Assembly: GCA_963804995.1 (NCBI GenBank) | Contig: CAWDSK010000006.1 | Span: 32,001 to 96,000, forward strand | Length of the DNA: 64,000 nucleotides | Origin: an uncultured Acidobacteriota bacterium | GTDB lineage: Bacteria; Acidobacteriota; Terriglobia; UBA7540 | Direction of reading: 5' to 3' | In this document: piece by piece, positions 52,316 through 63,091 of the stretch | How the letters are laid out: each line of letters begins with the position of its first letter | How positions within the stretch are numbered: the first letter of the stretch is position 1 | The notes under the pieces: model-generated | Database searches by the model: none | The model's input: the letters and a program-made list of their open reading frames with translations, nothing else | Told to the model about the DNA's origin: nothing | Made by a program: the position numbers and the translations under genes

Positions 52316-52511
52316 AGACTTGCTTGGACACCTCACATGCCTGCGCTGCGCAATTTCAGCGCAGGCATTTTTTTGCCGTGATAGCTTATGGCGAGATCGT
52401 CGTTTGCCCAGGGGCATCTGCGCACAGCCCTCACAGTGGAAGGAGCAGATTGCGCGCCTTCGACTCCTCCGCTAGAATGCCAGAGGGGAATTTTCATCAC
52501 TAAGTTCAGGG

Positions 52512-53003
52512 ATGCCGGAGGGAGTACTCGTGCCGGATAAAACTCATATCGCTTTGGCGTCAGACCATGCGGGTTTCGAGCTGAAAGAAAAAGTCCGCGC
52601 TTACCTGACGCGCAAAGGCTTCGATGTGCAAGACCTGGGGCCACAGTCGGCGGCATCGGTGGACTATCCCGATTACGCGGAAAAAGTCGCGGGCCAGGTT
52701 GCGCACGGCCAAGTCGATATCGGCATTCTGGTTTGCGGCACGGGCTTGGGAATGTCGCTCGCTGCGAACAAGGTCCCGGGAATCCGCGCCCTTCCTTGCA
52801 ACGATACTGTTTCCGCCCACTTCGCTCGCGCTCACAACAATGGCAACGTCCTCACCATGGGCAGCCGCCTGCTGGATGAAGCCACCATGCAGAAGGTCGT
52901 TGACACGTGGCTGGCCACACCTTTTGAAGGCGGGCGGCACGAGGACCGCCTCAAGAAAATTGAAGCCATCGACGAACACTCTCACGGGGAGAAAACTTCA
53001 TGA
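52512..53003 (+). CDS. rpiB: Ribose-5-phosphate isomerase B
   Basis: [40 protein letters not shown]. The true start may be GTG 52530. Confidence 0.95.
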   Translation: MPEGVLVPDKTHIALASDHAGFELKEKVRAYLTRKGFDVQDLGPQSAASVDYPDYAEKVAGQVAHGQVDIGILVCGTGLGMSLAANKVPGIRALPCNDTVSAHFARAHNNGNVLTMGSRLLDEATMQKVVDTWLATPFEGGRHEDRLKKIEAIDEHSHGEKTS

Positions 53004-54289
53004 ATGCTCCGGCCCGCTCTCATCTCAGCCCACTCCACCAAGTGGACCCGGAAATCGCCCGCGCCATTGATCTGGAAACGGACCGCCAGGCGCGCACCCT
53101 GGAGCTGATTGCTTCCGAGAATTTCGTGAGCGAGGCGGTGCTGGAAGCGCTGGGCTCGGTGATGACCAACAAGTATGCCGAGGGCCTGCCCGGCAAGCGC
53201 TACTACGGCGGCTGCGAGTTCGTCGACGTGGCGGAGGAACTGGCCATCGAGCGCGCCAAAAAGTTATTCGGCGCAGAGCACGCCAACGTGCAGGCCCACT
53301 CCGGCAGCCAGGCAAACCAGTCCGTCTACATGACCGTGCTGAAACCGGGCGACACGGTTCTGGGCATGAGTCTGGCGCACGGTGGCCACCTGACGCACGG
53401 CCACCCGCTCAACTTCTCCGGCAAGATGTACAAGATTGTTTCCTACGGAGTCCGCCAGGATACCGAGATGATCGATTACGACGAGCTGGCGCGGCTGGCT
53501 ATGGAACACAAGCCCAAGCTCATTCTGGCAGGAGCGAGCGCCTATCCCCGCATTCTCGACTTCGCACGCTTCGCCTCGATCGCCCGCGAGTGCGGCGCTT
53601 TGCTGATGGTTGACATGGCGCACATCGCTGGCCTGGTGGCGGCGGGGCTGCATCCTAGTCCCCTTCCCCACGCTGACTTCGTCACCACAACGACGCACAA
53701 GACCCTGCGCGGCCCACGCGGCGGCGCCGTCTTTTGCAAAGCGGCTTATGCCAAGGACCTCGACCGCACAACCTTTCCCGGCATCCAGGGCGGGCCGCTG
53801 ATGCACGTCATCGCCGCCAAAGCGGTGTGCTTCCACGAAGCGTTGCAGCCGGAATTTTGTGATTATCAGAAACAGATCTTAGCCAACGCCAAGACTGTCG
53901 CGGCCACGCTGGCGGCAGAGGGCTTCCGCATCGTCTCCGGCGGTACCGACACACACTTGATGCTCGTGGATGTATTTTCGAAGAAGGTTACCGGCAAGCA
54001 GGCGCAGGAGACGCTTGAGCGCGCCGGCATTACTGTGAATAAGAACGCCATCCCCTTCGACGCCAATCCGCCTGCCGTGGCCAGCGGCATTCGCGTCGGT
54101 ACCCCCGCCGTCACCACGCGCGGCATGAAAGAATCCGAAATGCGGCAGATTGCCGGCTGGATCGCCGAAGTCCTGAATCACATCGAGGACGATTCCACTG
54201 TGAAGGAGGTGCGCAGCCAGGTGGAAGCGCTGACGGAGAAATTTCCGCTTTACGAAAACCGGCGCGTCGGAGCGGCACAGACGATATAG
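53000..54289 (+). CDS. glyA: Serine hydroxymethyltransferase
   Basis: [40 protein letters not shown]. Confidence 0.97.
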   Translation: MNAPARSHLSPLHQVDPEIARAIDLETDRQARTLELIASENFVSEAVLEALGSVMTNKYAEGLPGKRYYGGCEFVDVAEELAIERAKKLFGAEHANVQAHSGSQANQSVYMTVLKPGDTVLGMSLAHGGHLTHGHPLNFSGKMYKIVSYGVRQDTEMIDYDELARLAMEHKPKLILAGASAYPRILDFARFASIARECGALLMVDMAHIAGLVAAGLHPSPLPHADFVTTTTHKTLRGPRGGAVFCKAAYAKDLDRTTFPGIQGGPLMHVIAAKAVCFHEALQPEFCDYQKQILANAKTVAATLAAEGFRIVSGGTDTHLMLVDVFSKKVTGKQAQETLERAGITVNKNAIPFDANPPAVASGIRVGTPAVTTRGMKESEMRQIAGWIAEVLNHIEDDSTVKEVRSQVEALTEKFPLYENRRVGAAQTI

Positions 54290-54345
54290 GTAGGCGTAGC
54301 GTGGACCTCCGCCTTTGAGGTCCGCGGCTCTTCATGCGAAAAACT

Positions 54346-54450
54346 TCAGATCGCAGCTAGGGGAGCGGTCCCTGGATTCGACAGCGTGGATTTAAGGAAG
54401 AACTTGATTTCACGCAAAGCGCGAGGCTCGAAGTTAACGGTCCAGGCCAA
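54346..54450 (-). pseudogene. Truncated RelE/ParE toxin
   Basis: TTG start overlapping the antitoxin 3' end; MAWTVNFEPRALREIK then unrelated sequence and a stop after 34 aa. Confidence 0.55.
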
Positions 54451-54652
54451 GTCGTTTCACCACTTCCGTGAGCGGAATGGGGGGCAGGTTGTCTTCCAAC
54501 CTGGAAATGGCGATTAGATAATCTTCCTGTTCCTCCAGGAATTCCCCGATCGCCTTTTTTGCGTAATAGGCTTTTGGCCGCCCCGTTCGCTTGGAGAGAC
54601 GGCTGAGGCGTTTTTCCATATTGGCCGGAAGTCTTACGGTCAGCATTGGCAT
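54434..54652 (-). CDS. Ribbon-helix-helix (RelB-like) antitoxin
   Basis: MLTVRLPANMEKRLSRLSKRTGRPKAYYAKKAI...EDYLIA...LTEVVKRLGL; TGTAATACA palindrome upstream. Confidence 0.8.
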   Translation of the reverse strand: MPMLTVRLPANMEKRLSRLSKRTGRPKAYYAKKAIGEFLEEQEDYLIAISRLEDNLPPIPLTEVVKRLGLDR

Positions 54653-54714
54653 CGATTCACTCCTGCCTGAAATACATGTAATACATTCTACCACGCTCCT
54701 GAACCGCCTGCGTC

Positions 54715-54881
54715 GGTAGCCACGGTCAGTGCTTTTCTGACCGTTCTTCCCTCGATGACATTTTTCGGGTCAGTGGTGGGGGATGCCCTATCCAGATTGA
54801 TTAAGTACGATTGACGATGGGATATCGATAAGAGAAAAGCCCACGGTCAGGACTGGTCGCCGCGGCGACACCGTGGCTACC
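54715..54881. repeat. GTAG-type REP inverted pair
   Basis: GGTAGCCACGGTCAG...CTGACCGT and ...CCGTGGCTACC. Confidence 0.55.
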
Positions 54882-54884
54882 CGC

Positions 54885-56220
54885 TTAACCCCCTTGCAGG
54901 ATTTCCTGCGCCGCGGTGTAGCCGCTCTGCACGGCGCCTTCAATGGTGGCAGGCAATCCTGTGGCGGTCCAATCGCCCGCCAGGAAGAAGCCGCGAATAG
55001 GAGTGCGCGCCGGCGGCCGCATCGGCTCCGCTTCCGGACGTGGCGAAAACGTTGCAAAGCGTTCCTTGACGACCAGTGAATGCACGAGTCGCGCGCCGCG
55101 GGCGCCGGGAAGCAGCTCCCTGAGTTCTCCGAGCGCGATCGCCAACAACTCCTCTTTCGATTTGGTCACATGCTCGTGCGCGCCGCTTAACACTAAGGAG
55201 ATGTAATGCTCGTTGGTCCCTAAAATCCGGCCCTTGTTAAATAGCCATTGAATCGTCGTGCCCCGCAGCCCCGCAAACTCCAGTTCGGTTAGAGGCGCGT
55301 CAAACCACAGGTTGATGGAAATTATGGGCGCCGGGATGAGCGCCAACGCCCCGGCAAATAAAGGCTCCGCACGCAGCAAGTCACCGGGAAGGAGGTTCGC
55401 GATTTGCATCCACGGCACGGCAGAGACAACGATGTCGGCCTCGATTGTTTGCCCATCGCCCAACACTACGCCGCGGTAAACCCCGTCCGTGATGAGAATT
55501 TGCTTCACACTACGGTCCGTTTCCACGCGGCCACTGCGCACCTCGATGTAAGCCGCCGCGGCCGTCGTATAACACTCACTCAGGCCCACGCGCGCGATGC
55601 CCAGCCGCGAATCCTGAGGCGAGGTAAAAAGCGCCAGTCGCAGCACGCGCTCGAAAAGCCGAGCCGAAAGCAAGGCGCGGATCTTCGTTCATGGCGGCAA
55701 TGCATAACAGGTCCCAGAAATTGTGCTGCAGGCTCGCGGATTGCCCCAAGCGCGAGAGCCACGCCGCAACATGCTCATCCGCCTTAGCTCCAGTGCCGGC
55801 GCTTGTGGAGCGCAACGCTTTCCCAAAGCGCAGGACTTCCAATTTTTCTTTCCAGGAAAAACTCCCCGAGCGCAGCACACCCAAGAGCAGGTGCCAGGGC
55901 GATGGCCAATCCGGGCAGTCGAGGCGAGTGAGCCGCCCGCCTCGATCAAGAAAAGGCACAGCTAGGTGCGGTTGGAATTGAATCCGGTCGAGAGTTCCGA
56001 GGGTCGAGAGGAATCGAATCGTCGCGTGGTAACAACCCATGAAGAGGTGCTGGCCATTGTCCACAACCGAACCCGTGGCAGGATCATGAAACGAACGTGC
56101 CCGGCCGCCGAGATGCGGCTTCTGTTCGAGCAAATGCACTCGCTTGCCAGCTTCAGCCAGCGCCACACCCGCCGCGAGGCCTGCGAAACCGCCACCGATG
56201 ATGAGGATGTCAAAAGGCAT
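54885..56220 (-). CDS. hpnE: Hydroxysqualene dehydroxylase (frameshift near 55668)
   Basis: GGGFAGLAA, LGGRARSF and DNGQH in 55576..56349; LAGDWTATGLPATIEGAVQSG in 54885..55673. Removing one T from GCTTTCG restores the frame. Confidence 0.85.
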
Positions 56221-56352
56221 TTTGGATTTTAGATTTTGGATTTCCGATTTAAGAGATCTGGACTGCTGGCCCGCCCTTTGGGCGCTGATGGACGAAGCTG
56301 AGCTCAAAGGAGTGCAGTTCCAATCCAAAATCCAAAATCTAAAATCCAAAAT
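56221..56352. repeat. Inverted heptamer repeat clusters
   Basis: TTTGGATTTTAGATTTTGGATT... and ...AATCCAAAATCCAAAATCTAAAATCCAAAA. The same unit occurs at about 34853-34890. Confidence 0.75.
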
Positions 56353-57207
56353 TCATTTCCGCCACTCTGCTCCCAAGTAGACACTCAGTGCCGTCCAAAG
56401 TTTGAGTGGGCGGGAGAGCCTGACGCGTTTTCCAAACACGTTATAGCGACGCTTCTGGATACGCTCCAACACGCGCCAGTATATGGCCGCCATGATTTCC
56501 GCCGCCTTCATCGAACCCCGGTCTTCCGCCGGCAGCATCTCTCGAGCCAGGTCGAAATAGCGCCGCGCGCGGTCGCATTCGAACTGCATCAACTCGATAA
56601 AGGGATCGTTGTATTTACCCGCCAGCAGCTCACTGGGGCGAATACCAAAGCGGCTCAGATCCTCTTGTGGAATGTAGATGCGCCCGCGCTGCACATCGCG
56701 CTCGATGTCCCGCAGAATGTTCACAAGCTGGAGAGCCTTGCCCAGGTTTATGGCGTAATCCCGAGTGCGGGGATTCTGATAGCCAAAAATTTCAACGCAG
56801 ATGAGTCCGATGGTTGAGGCCACGCGGTAGCAATACAATGACAAATCCTCAAAGGTCTCGTACCGCGTTTGATTCAAATCCATCTCGAGGCCCAGGATCA
56901 GGTCTTCGAACGGGTGGCGAGGGATATGGAAGCGCTGGATGCTGGCCGCGAGGGCGCGCAGCTCGGGCGAATCCAGGCGGCTCTTATCTGCCTGGTAACA
57001 GGCCTCGAGCGTCTGGCGATAGGCGCGGAGAGCCTCCTCAGCTTCCGCCGGGCTGAGACCGCCATCCACAATGTCGTCGCCACGGCGCGCGAAGGCATAG
57101 ACCGCTTCGATGGCGAGCCGCTTCTCAGGGGGAAGGAAAACAAACGCGTAGTAGAAATTGGTCACGCGCGCGTTGGTGAAGTGCGACTGTCTGGAGGAGA
57201 CGTTCAT
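56353..57207 (-). CDS. hpnD: Presqualene diphosphate synthase
   Basis: NFYYAF, YAFARRGDDIVD, YCYRVAS, LQLVNILRD, GRIYIP. Confidence 0.9.
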   Translation of the reverse strand: MNVSSRQSHFTNARVTNFYYAFVFLPPEKRLAIEAVYAFARRGDDIVDGGLSPAEAEEALRAYRQTLEACYQADKSRLDSPELRALAASIQRFHIPRHPFEDLILGLEMDLNQTRYETFEDLSLYCYRVASTIGLICVEIFGYQNPRTRDYAINLGKALQLVNILRDIERDVQRGRIYIPQEDLSRFGIRPSELLAGKYNDPFIELMQFECDRARRYFDLAREMLPAEDRGSMKAAEIMAAIYWRVLERIQKRRYNVFGKRVRLSRPLKLWTALSVYLGAEWRK

Positions 57208-58103
57208 GATGGGCTGGCAACCACCGGAGTGTGTCGAAACCCCGCGTTCAGTGGGGCGCGCCGGGCTCGCAAATAAAGACGCAGAAAATCCCACTTGCCA
57301 AGCGAAGGCCGCCGTCGAAAGATATCATAGGAAGCGGCTTCAATCTTGGCGAGAATGGCAGTGCCGCCGAGCCAGGTCAGCCGCAGTTGCACGCGCAGCT
57401 CAGGCCGGACTTCCTCCGGCAAGCCTCTTCCCCGCTCGAATAGCTCCCGCGTGCGCGCGATTTCAAAGGCCAGTAATTCCTGCCAGCGCGTGTCGGCACG
57501 CTCTGCATGCAGATCGTCAAGCGTGTAGTTGAACCGCGCCATATCCTCCTGGGGAAGGTATACGCGGTCGTGGGCGAAATCTACGGCCACGTCCTGCCAG
57601 AAATTGGTCAGTTGCAGCGCCGTACAAATGTTGTCTGACAGTTCGAATAGGTGGGCGTCGCGATGGCCGAAGAGTTCGAGCACCAGCCGGCCCACCGGAT
57701 TTGCTGAGCACGTGCAGTAGGCAAGCAGCGAGGCGAAGTTCGAATGACGGTTAACCACCACGTCCGATTCAAAAGCGTGCAAAAGGTTCTCAAAGTTCTC
57801 GCGCGAGAGTCCGAAACGCTTCGCACTGTCGTTGAGCGCCAGGAAAACCGGATGATCGATCTTGCCGGCGTAAGAATCCACCAGCTTGGCGCGCCATTCG
57901 GCCAGCTTTTCGAGACGGCCCTCGACTCCGGGCTCGTCGGCGATGTCGTCAGCGTAACGCGCGAAGGCGTAGATGGCCGCCAGCGCATCGCGGCGGTCGC
58001 GCGGAACCAGAAACGAAGCCGTGGGAAAGTTCTCGTAATGGCGGCGCGCCAGCCGGCGGCATTCCGCATAAGCAGCGCGCAACTCAGTTTCAGTAGCAGT
58101 CAT
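57204..58103 (-). CDS. hpnC: Hydroxysqualene synthase
   Basis: HYENFP, YAFARYADDIADE, SANPVGRLVL, LQLTNFWQD. Confidence 0.92.
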   Translation of the reverse strand: MTATETELRAAYAECRRLARRHYENFPTASFLVPRDRRDALAAIYAFARYADDIADEPGVEGRLEKLAEWRAKLVDSYAGKIDHPVFLALNDSAKRFGLSRENFENLLHAFESDVVVNRHSNFASLLAYCTCSANPVGRLVLELFGHRDAHLFELSDNICTALQLTNFWQDVAVDFAHDRVYLPQEDMARFNYTLDDLHAERADTRWQELLAFEIARTRELFERGRGLPEEVRPELRVQLRLTWLGGTAILAKIEAASYDIFRRRPSLGKWDFLRLYLRARRAPLNAGFRHTPVVASPS

Positions 58104-58278
58104 TGACGAAGAACCCGCGTGCCATTATAGGGCCTTCGAAGCTGGTTAGGGAACGGATTGTGGGGACTCGGTCCGCCAGGGCCACAGGCTCTTCGGAGTG
58201 CCGTAACGGAGCCGCAGTGATCTATGGCGCAAGGGAAGCTTGCGCCTTCCTCCTGGTCAGGGGCAACCGGAATGCCGA

Positions 58279-60108
58279 TTATTGGCTGGGCGGCCCGGCC
58301 TGAACCTCCTGCTGAACTTGCGCTTCGGCCTGGCTTGCAACCCTCTGTTGGTTGGCCAATTGCACGTCTACGTTCGCATCGGGCACCGGCGGCGGAACTT
58401 CCCCGGGTGTGCTTTGAATATCCGGGGCCGGGGGCAGACCGCTTTTGCCGGAGTTATCCGCAAGAGTTTTAAGCCCGGTGTCAAGCTGCTCCCGAAACGT
58501 GTTATGCATCTCTTGCAAGTCGTCTACGGCGACCCTGGGCATGGCGCCAATACTGCAATCGCTTTGCTTGCTGCTCATCACGCTGACGCGCACCCTATTG
58601 TCATCCCCCGGCGTGTCATCGATGCGGGTAATGACGTCCCCAGGCGTAAGCTCACATTCCTGACCTTCTGCGGTGGCCACACCGAGATTACTGGACACCA
58701 CGAAAAGGCGCTGTTTGGGATCGAGCGCGGCCGGCGGGGTTTGGTCGCCGACCGGCGCCGTCGGAGGGTTGGCCGGGGGGTACTGGGCTGTCGCCTGTTC
58801 CTCGGCGAGCTGGCGCTTTACTTCCGCGTCAATCATTTGCTTGACTTCCGGACTCATGGCGCTGGCGTTGGGATTCTGAATCTCATTGTCGGGTGGGGGC
58901 TGATAGGTTCTATCCGCCTCGGCCCGGGCTTCAGCCTCCTGCCTCGCTTCGTAGGCTTGCCTGAGGTTCTCAGCGAGCAAGAAATCCGTAAGCCACAAGG
59001 AGGCGGAAAGGTATACGGGAGCCGGAGCGAAGTAGCCTCCGTAGAACCAGGGGGCCGGGCCCCACCCCCATTGGTAATAAATCGGCCGCGGCCACGGGTT
59101 GAACGCCCAAATATAAAATGCGGGGTGGTAATAGTAGACGGGTACGTAACGGTAGTAACGCACGCCTCGGTAAAAGTGCTCGCGGTAAACGCGTGCGTAC
59201 GCGTGTCCATTGACCCAGTAGGTCCGCTGAGAGTATATCCGGCCATTGCGGTTGAGATAAGGCCGCTCGATGAAGCCGCGGTTTGGTCCTTCGGCGACCA
59301 GACGCCGGCCGTTCCGTTCCGTAATGATTCTGGTGTCGCCGCGACGGAGCCCGTGTTCGATCGTGAGGTTGCGCTTGGGGTCGTGGACTTCCTTTATTTG
59401 TCCTTTGGAGCCGAACCGTGCTTCCTGGCCGTCGCTTCCCACGTAGTGGATGGGTTTATTGCCAGGGTCAACTTCCATTCGGCCCCCACCACGCGTCATG
59501 ACCTCGTGCGTGGGCTTGGGGTTTCCCATCGGTCCGCCCGGGTGGGCTTCTGGACGGATAACTTCAGTGCGCGGGTTGGGATTCACGACTTCAGTGCGGC
59601 GGTTGGGATTGACCACTTCAGTGCGGCGGTTGGGATTGACCACTTCAGTGCGGCGGTTGGGATTGACCACTTCAGTGCGGCGGTTGGAATTGACCACTTC
59701 GGTGCGGGGGTTTGGATTCACGACTTCAGTGTGGCGGTTGGGATTGACCACTTCGGTGCGGGGGTTTGGATTCACGACTTCAGTGCGGCGGTTTGGATTG
59801 ACAACTTCAGTGCGCGGGGTTGGATTCACGACTTCAGTGCGGCGGTTTGGATTGACAACTTCAGTGCGCGGGGTTGGATTCGCCACGCCCGCCGGCTTGC
59901 CCCCGGGATTGGCAAGCTGCTCGTGTCTCGGCTGCTCGGCCTTCCGTTCCACTTTTTTTTCGGGTGCGGGTGGCGCTGGCTTGCCGGCTGGGGCGTGTTT
60001 GACTGGTGGCGGCTCGTTGGTTTTCTTATCGTCACCCCAAGCGAGCGCAGAAGAGATTATCAGGACCAGAATTACGGTCGACTTCTTGAGGATCATTTTG
60101 TTTGGCAT
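58279..60108 (-). CDS. Exported hypothetical protein with 9-aa tandem repeats
   Basis: Signal peptide, about 11.5 x RTEVVNPN(R/P), Tyr/Trp/Pro-rich segment and a globular C-terminus. Confidence 0.8.
   Translation of the reverse strand: MPNKMILKKSTVILVLIISSALAWGDDKKTNEPPPVKHAPAGKPAPPAPEKKVERKAEQPRHEQLANPGGKPAGVANPTPRTEVVNPNRRTEVVNPTPRTEVVNPNRRTEVVNPNPRTEVVNPNRHTEVVNPNPRTEVVNSNRRTEVVNPNRRTEVVNPNRRTEVVNPNRRTEVVNPNPRTEVIRPEAHPGGPMGNPKPTHEVMTRGGGRMEVDPGNKPIHYVGSDGQEARFGSKGQIKEVHDPKRNLTIEHGLRRGDTRIITERNGRRLVAEGPNRGFIERPYLNRNGRIYSQRTYWVNGHAYARVYREHFYRGVRYYRYVPVYYYHPAFYIWAFNPWPRPIYYQWGWGPAPWFYGGYFAPAPVYLSASLWLTDFLLAENLRQAYEARQEAEARAEADRTYQPPPDNEIQNPNASAMSPEVKQMIDAEVKRQLAEEQATAQYPPANPPTAPVGDQTPPAALDPKQRLFVVSSNLGVATAEGQECELTPGDVITRIDDTPGDDNRVRVSVMSSKQSDCSIGAMPRVAVDDLQEMHNTFREQLDTGLKTLADNSGKSGLPPAPDIQSTPGEVPPPVPDANVDVQLANQQRVASQAEAQVQQEVQAGPPSQ
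59560..59883. repeat. 27-bp coding tandem repeat (11 full copies plus a partial)
   Basis: ACTTC(A/G)GTG... period-27 units with no spacers. Confidence 0.9.
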
Positions 60109-60509
60109 GATTGAGCTCCTCACCATCGCTTATTCGTCCGAGTCATTTCTGTGCGCCCGCACTGTCGAGCCCAGAGGGAAGTTAATTCGCTGACCGTGGG
60201 GGACTCTCTATTTCTGAGGCTCCGGTTGCCCGGTCGGGGGCGGACACCTTCTCATAAACCGCCTTAACCGGAATCCACACTTCAAGAACGTGGCTGCGGT
60301 CTAAATGTACACAGTCCAACTCCCGGTGTCTGGACGTTCATTACGCCGCTTCCCACCTTCAATATGTAGTGGACTCGCTGGACAACCAACGGTAGCGTAG
60401 CGCGACCGGGCCGCAAAGGAAAGCCAAAACGCAAAGTTGCCAACGGCGGGCGCGGACCCCGCTTCTTGGGGGTCTGCGCCCCCCCGCGCTCAAACCGATT
60501 CCGCTAACG

Positions 60510-61766
60510 CTAGGTGAGGAAAATAATCATCGCAGCGGTTCCCACGGGTGTGTATTGCCCAGTGAAGGTAAGCGCTCCGGTCTGGCGATTGACCTTGTAG
60601 GTGGTGATGTTATCCGCGCGTTGATTGCAAGAGTAAAGGAAATTACCGGTGGGATCGATGTTGAAAGTGCGCGGATAATCGCCGCGCGTCCATTCTTCGC
60701 CGCCGAAGGTAAGCGTACCCGTCGTAGGGTTGACGGTGAACCAGGCGATGCTATCGTGCAGCCGGTTCGCGCCGTAAACAACTTTGCCGTCGGCAGAGAT
60801 CATCAAGGCGGAAGTGAAGTTCGTGCCCACAAAACCCTTGGGCAGCGTGGAGATCGTCTGTTTCGGGGTCAGCCTGCCATTCTTCGCGTCGTAGTCGCAA
60901 GTCACTAGCGTCGAAGCTTCCTCTTGAATGGAATAGAACCACCGGCCGTTGGGATGAAATGTGAAGTGCCGCGGGCCGTCGCCGGGAGGGTATACCAGGG
61001 AGGGAGGATCATTGGGGATCAGTTTCCCCGCCTCGGCGTCAAACTTCCAAATGAAAATCTCATCGAGTCCGAGGTCAGGCGAGAACACGTAGCGGCCCGC
61101 CGGGTCAGTCTGAATCATGTGGGCGTGGGCGTGGTCGTGGCCGCTGATGGCAAAACTTCCCTTCGGCGCGTTAGTCGCCTGGTCCGGCCCCAGCTTACCC
61201 TTATTATGAATGACGTCCGAGGCAGGGCCCAACTCGCCGCTCGCGCCGATGGGGAAGACTGCCACCGTCCCTCCCTCGTAGTTCGCCGCGAAGGCAAACT
61301 TGCCGGCAGGATGGATGCTCATGTGGGTAGGGCCGCCGGCGCCCTCGGCATTGACCGCGTTGAGAAAGGTCAGATGCCCGGTGGCGCGATCGATGGCGTA
61401 CGCGTTGATCGAACCGGACTCCGTACCCTCAAAACCCGAGACCTCGTTTGCGGAGTAGAGATGCGTGCGCGAGGGATCAAAGGCCACGCAGGCCGGGTTC
61501 CGGTCGTTCGGAAAAACTTCGCGCTGGGTCAGAGCCCCCGTCGCGGGATTCATCTCGAACAGGTAAATGCCCTGTCCGCGCCCTGTGGACCCTTCCGGCC
61601 CTTTTTGCGCACTGTAGGTGCCGACATAGGCCAGGATGGGGCGGCTGGTTTTACTTTGCCCAGCGCGCGCCAGCGCCGGTGCTGTACCCGCCAAAGCTGC
61701 TGCGCCTTTCATAAAACTGCGTCGCGTGGTCTTGTGTAACAACTTGCCCTGGTAATCGTGCGTCAT
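60510..61766 (-). CDS. Lactonase family protein (6-phosphogluconolactonase-like) with Tat signal
   Basis: TRRSFMK twin-arginine motif, YVGTY, ANYEGG, HAH, GDGPRHFTFHP, PRTF. Confidence 0.88.
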   Translation of the reverse strand: MTHDYQGKLLHKTTRRSFMKGAAALAGTAPALARAGQSKTSRPILAYVGTYSAQKGPEGSTGRGQGIYLFEMNPATGALTQREVFPNDRNPACVAFDPSRTHLYSANEVSGFEGTESGSINAYAIDRATGHLTFLNAVNAEGAGGPTHMSIHPAGKFAFAANYEGGTVAVFPIGASGELGPASDVIHNKGKLGPDQATNAPKGSFAISGHDHAHAHMIQTDPAGRYVFSPDLGLDEIFIWKFDAEAGKLIPNDPPSLVYPPGDGPRHFTFHPNGRWFYSIQEEASTLVTCDYDAKNGRLTPKQTISTLPKGFVGTNFTSALMISADGKVVYGANRLHDSIAWFTVNPTTGTLTFGGEEWTRGDYPRTFNIDPTGNFLYSCNQRADNITTYKVNRQTGALTFTGQYTPVGTAAMIIFLT

Positions 61767-62003
61767 CCGAGTTCTCCTCTCGCGCTGGCGAAAATTGTGG
61801 GAATCTTGAACGGCAGATTATGCGGTGATTCGCGGCAGAAGGCAAGCCTGGACATGGCAGTCCCCCACCCCGAAAGTGCGCGAGCCACTTGCGTGGCCCG
61901 CGCCGTGGGATAAAGGCAGCAACGTCCTTGATAAATTCGTCGTGGAGGGATTAACGATGAGGCATGAGGCAGACTATCCGCGGCATCGGTAACCGGAGAA
62001 GGC

Positions 62004-62204
62004 TTAGCCTTTCTTTTCTTCCTCTACCTTCTTTTCTTCTTCGTCTTTCTTAGAAGTGTCCATCCCGCCGCGTAGAGCGTCCTTGAACTCTCGGATACCT
62101 TTACCTAAACCCTTGCCCAGCTCCGGTAATTTGCCGGGGCCGAACAGGATCAAGACGATCAGCAAAATGAAAATCAGATGGGTCGGCGACAGCAAACCTT
62201 CCAT
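62004..62204 (-). CDS. tatA: Twin-arginine translocase TatA/E
   Basis: [24 protein letters not shown]. Confidence 0.93.
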   Translation of the reverse strand: MEGLLSPTHLIFILLIVLILFGPGKLPELGKGLGKGIREFKDALRGGMDTSKKDEEEKKVEEEKKG

Positions 62205-62236
62205 TCGTTACTCTCCTTCCGGGTTGGCGTAGCCGC

Positions 62237-62404
62237 CTATTTCTTTTCCGAAGAATCTTCCAACCCGCCGCGCAGGGCGTTCTTGAACTCTTTAATGCCT
62301 TTTCCCAAACCCTTGCCCAGCTCCGGCAATTTACCGGGCCCGAACAGGATCAGGACGATCAGTAGAATGAAAAACAGATGAACCGGCTGTAACAAACCTT
62401 CCAT
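62237..62404 (-). CDS. tatA: Twin-arginine translocase TatA/E, second copy
   Basis: [48 protein letters not shown]. Confidence 0.92.
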   Translation of the reverse strand: MEGLLQPVHLFFILLIVLILFGPGKLPELGKGLGKGIKEFKNALRGGLEDSSEKK

Positions 62405-62484
62405 TATTGATTCTCCTTCCAAGCCAGCGGGATCGCCGGCGGGACAGTCAGGGCCATTATAGCCCAGGCAGGCACAGAACCCAA

Positions 62485-63072
62485 TCACGATTCGCGATTC
62501 GGGAAGATCATATTTCCGGGCTTCTTCCCTTCTTCCAGGCATTTCTTGCGATAAAGCGCGGCGTAGCTGTCAGTAATGTACTCCTGGCGGGAGTACCCAA
62601 GCTGCCTGGCCACCTCATCAATCCAGCGCTGGGGGCCTTCGAGCTCCAGGAAATTGCCCACCGGCGTCTCGTCGTAAACCAGGTGCGGGGCGTCGGTGAC
62701 ATCCCCCTTGCCGCGCGGGGCGTATATGGTGCGATACTTCTCGTAACAGAAGACCTCGCGCATTCCCAGGTTGTGAAGGATCTCACCCAAGCGGTGCCCG
62801 TCTTCCACATGCGTTTCGATTTCCCGCCGGATCTTATAGTCACGGGATTGAACCGGGGCGCCCTTGAAAGTCAGCAAACCCTGGTCATGGGTAAAGCGCA
62901 GGCGCAGCAGGCAACGCGATTTCCGCAAGCGCTGGTCGGAAAAATCGAACAGATAGTTGCTTTCAAAATGGCGGGCCAGGACGGGCCGAAAGCCGAGCTC
63001 CGTCAGCCGCCAACGGAGTTCTTTGGGGTTCTTGACCACCAGCTTGATTTCGGTTTCGTGGCGATGTTTCAT
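62485..63072 (-). CDS. CYTH-domain protein (class IV adenylate cyclase-like)
   Basis: ETEIK (ExExK), LLRLR, LTFKG, REIET, YEKYR, FLELEG. Confidence 0.88.
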   Translation of the reverse strand: MKHRHETEIKLVVKNPKELRWRLTELGFRPVLARHFESNYLFDFSDQRLRKSRCLLRLRFTHDQGLLTFKGAPVQSRDYKIRREIETHVEDGHRLGEILHNLGMREVFCYEKYRTIYAPRGKGDVTDAPHLVYDETPVGNFLELEGPQRWIDEVARQLGYSRQEYITDSYAALYRKKCLEEGKKPGNMIFPNRES

Positions 63073-63091
63073 GCCGGGGGCGGGCTCGATT

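Noticed and set aside
59560..59883. Possible CRISPR array
   Set aside because: Contiguous 27-bp units without unique spacers, in frame within a CDS, and no cas genes.
60400..60450. c-di-GMP-I riboswitch suggested by GCAAAG/GAAA motifs
   Set aside because: The required paired stems are not evident, and the orientation does not fit the downstream gene.
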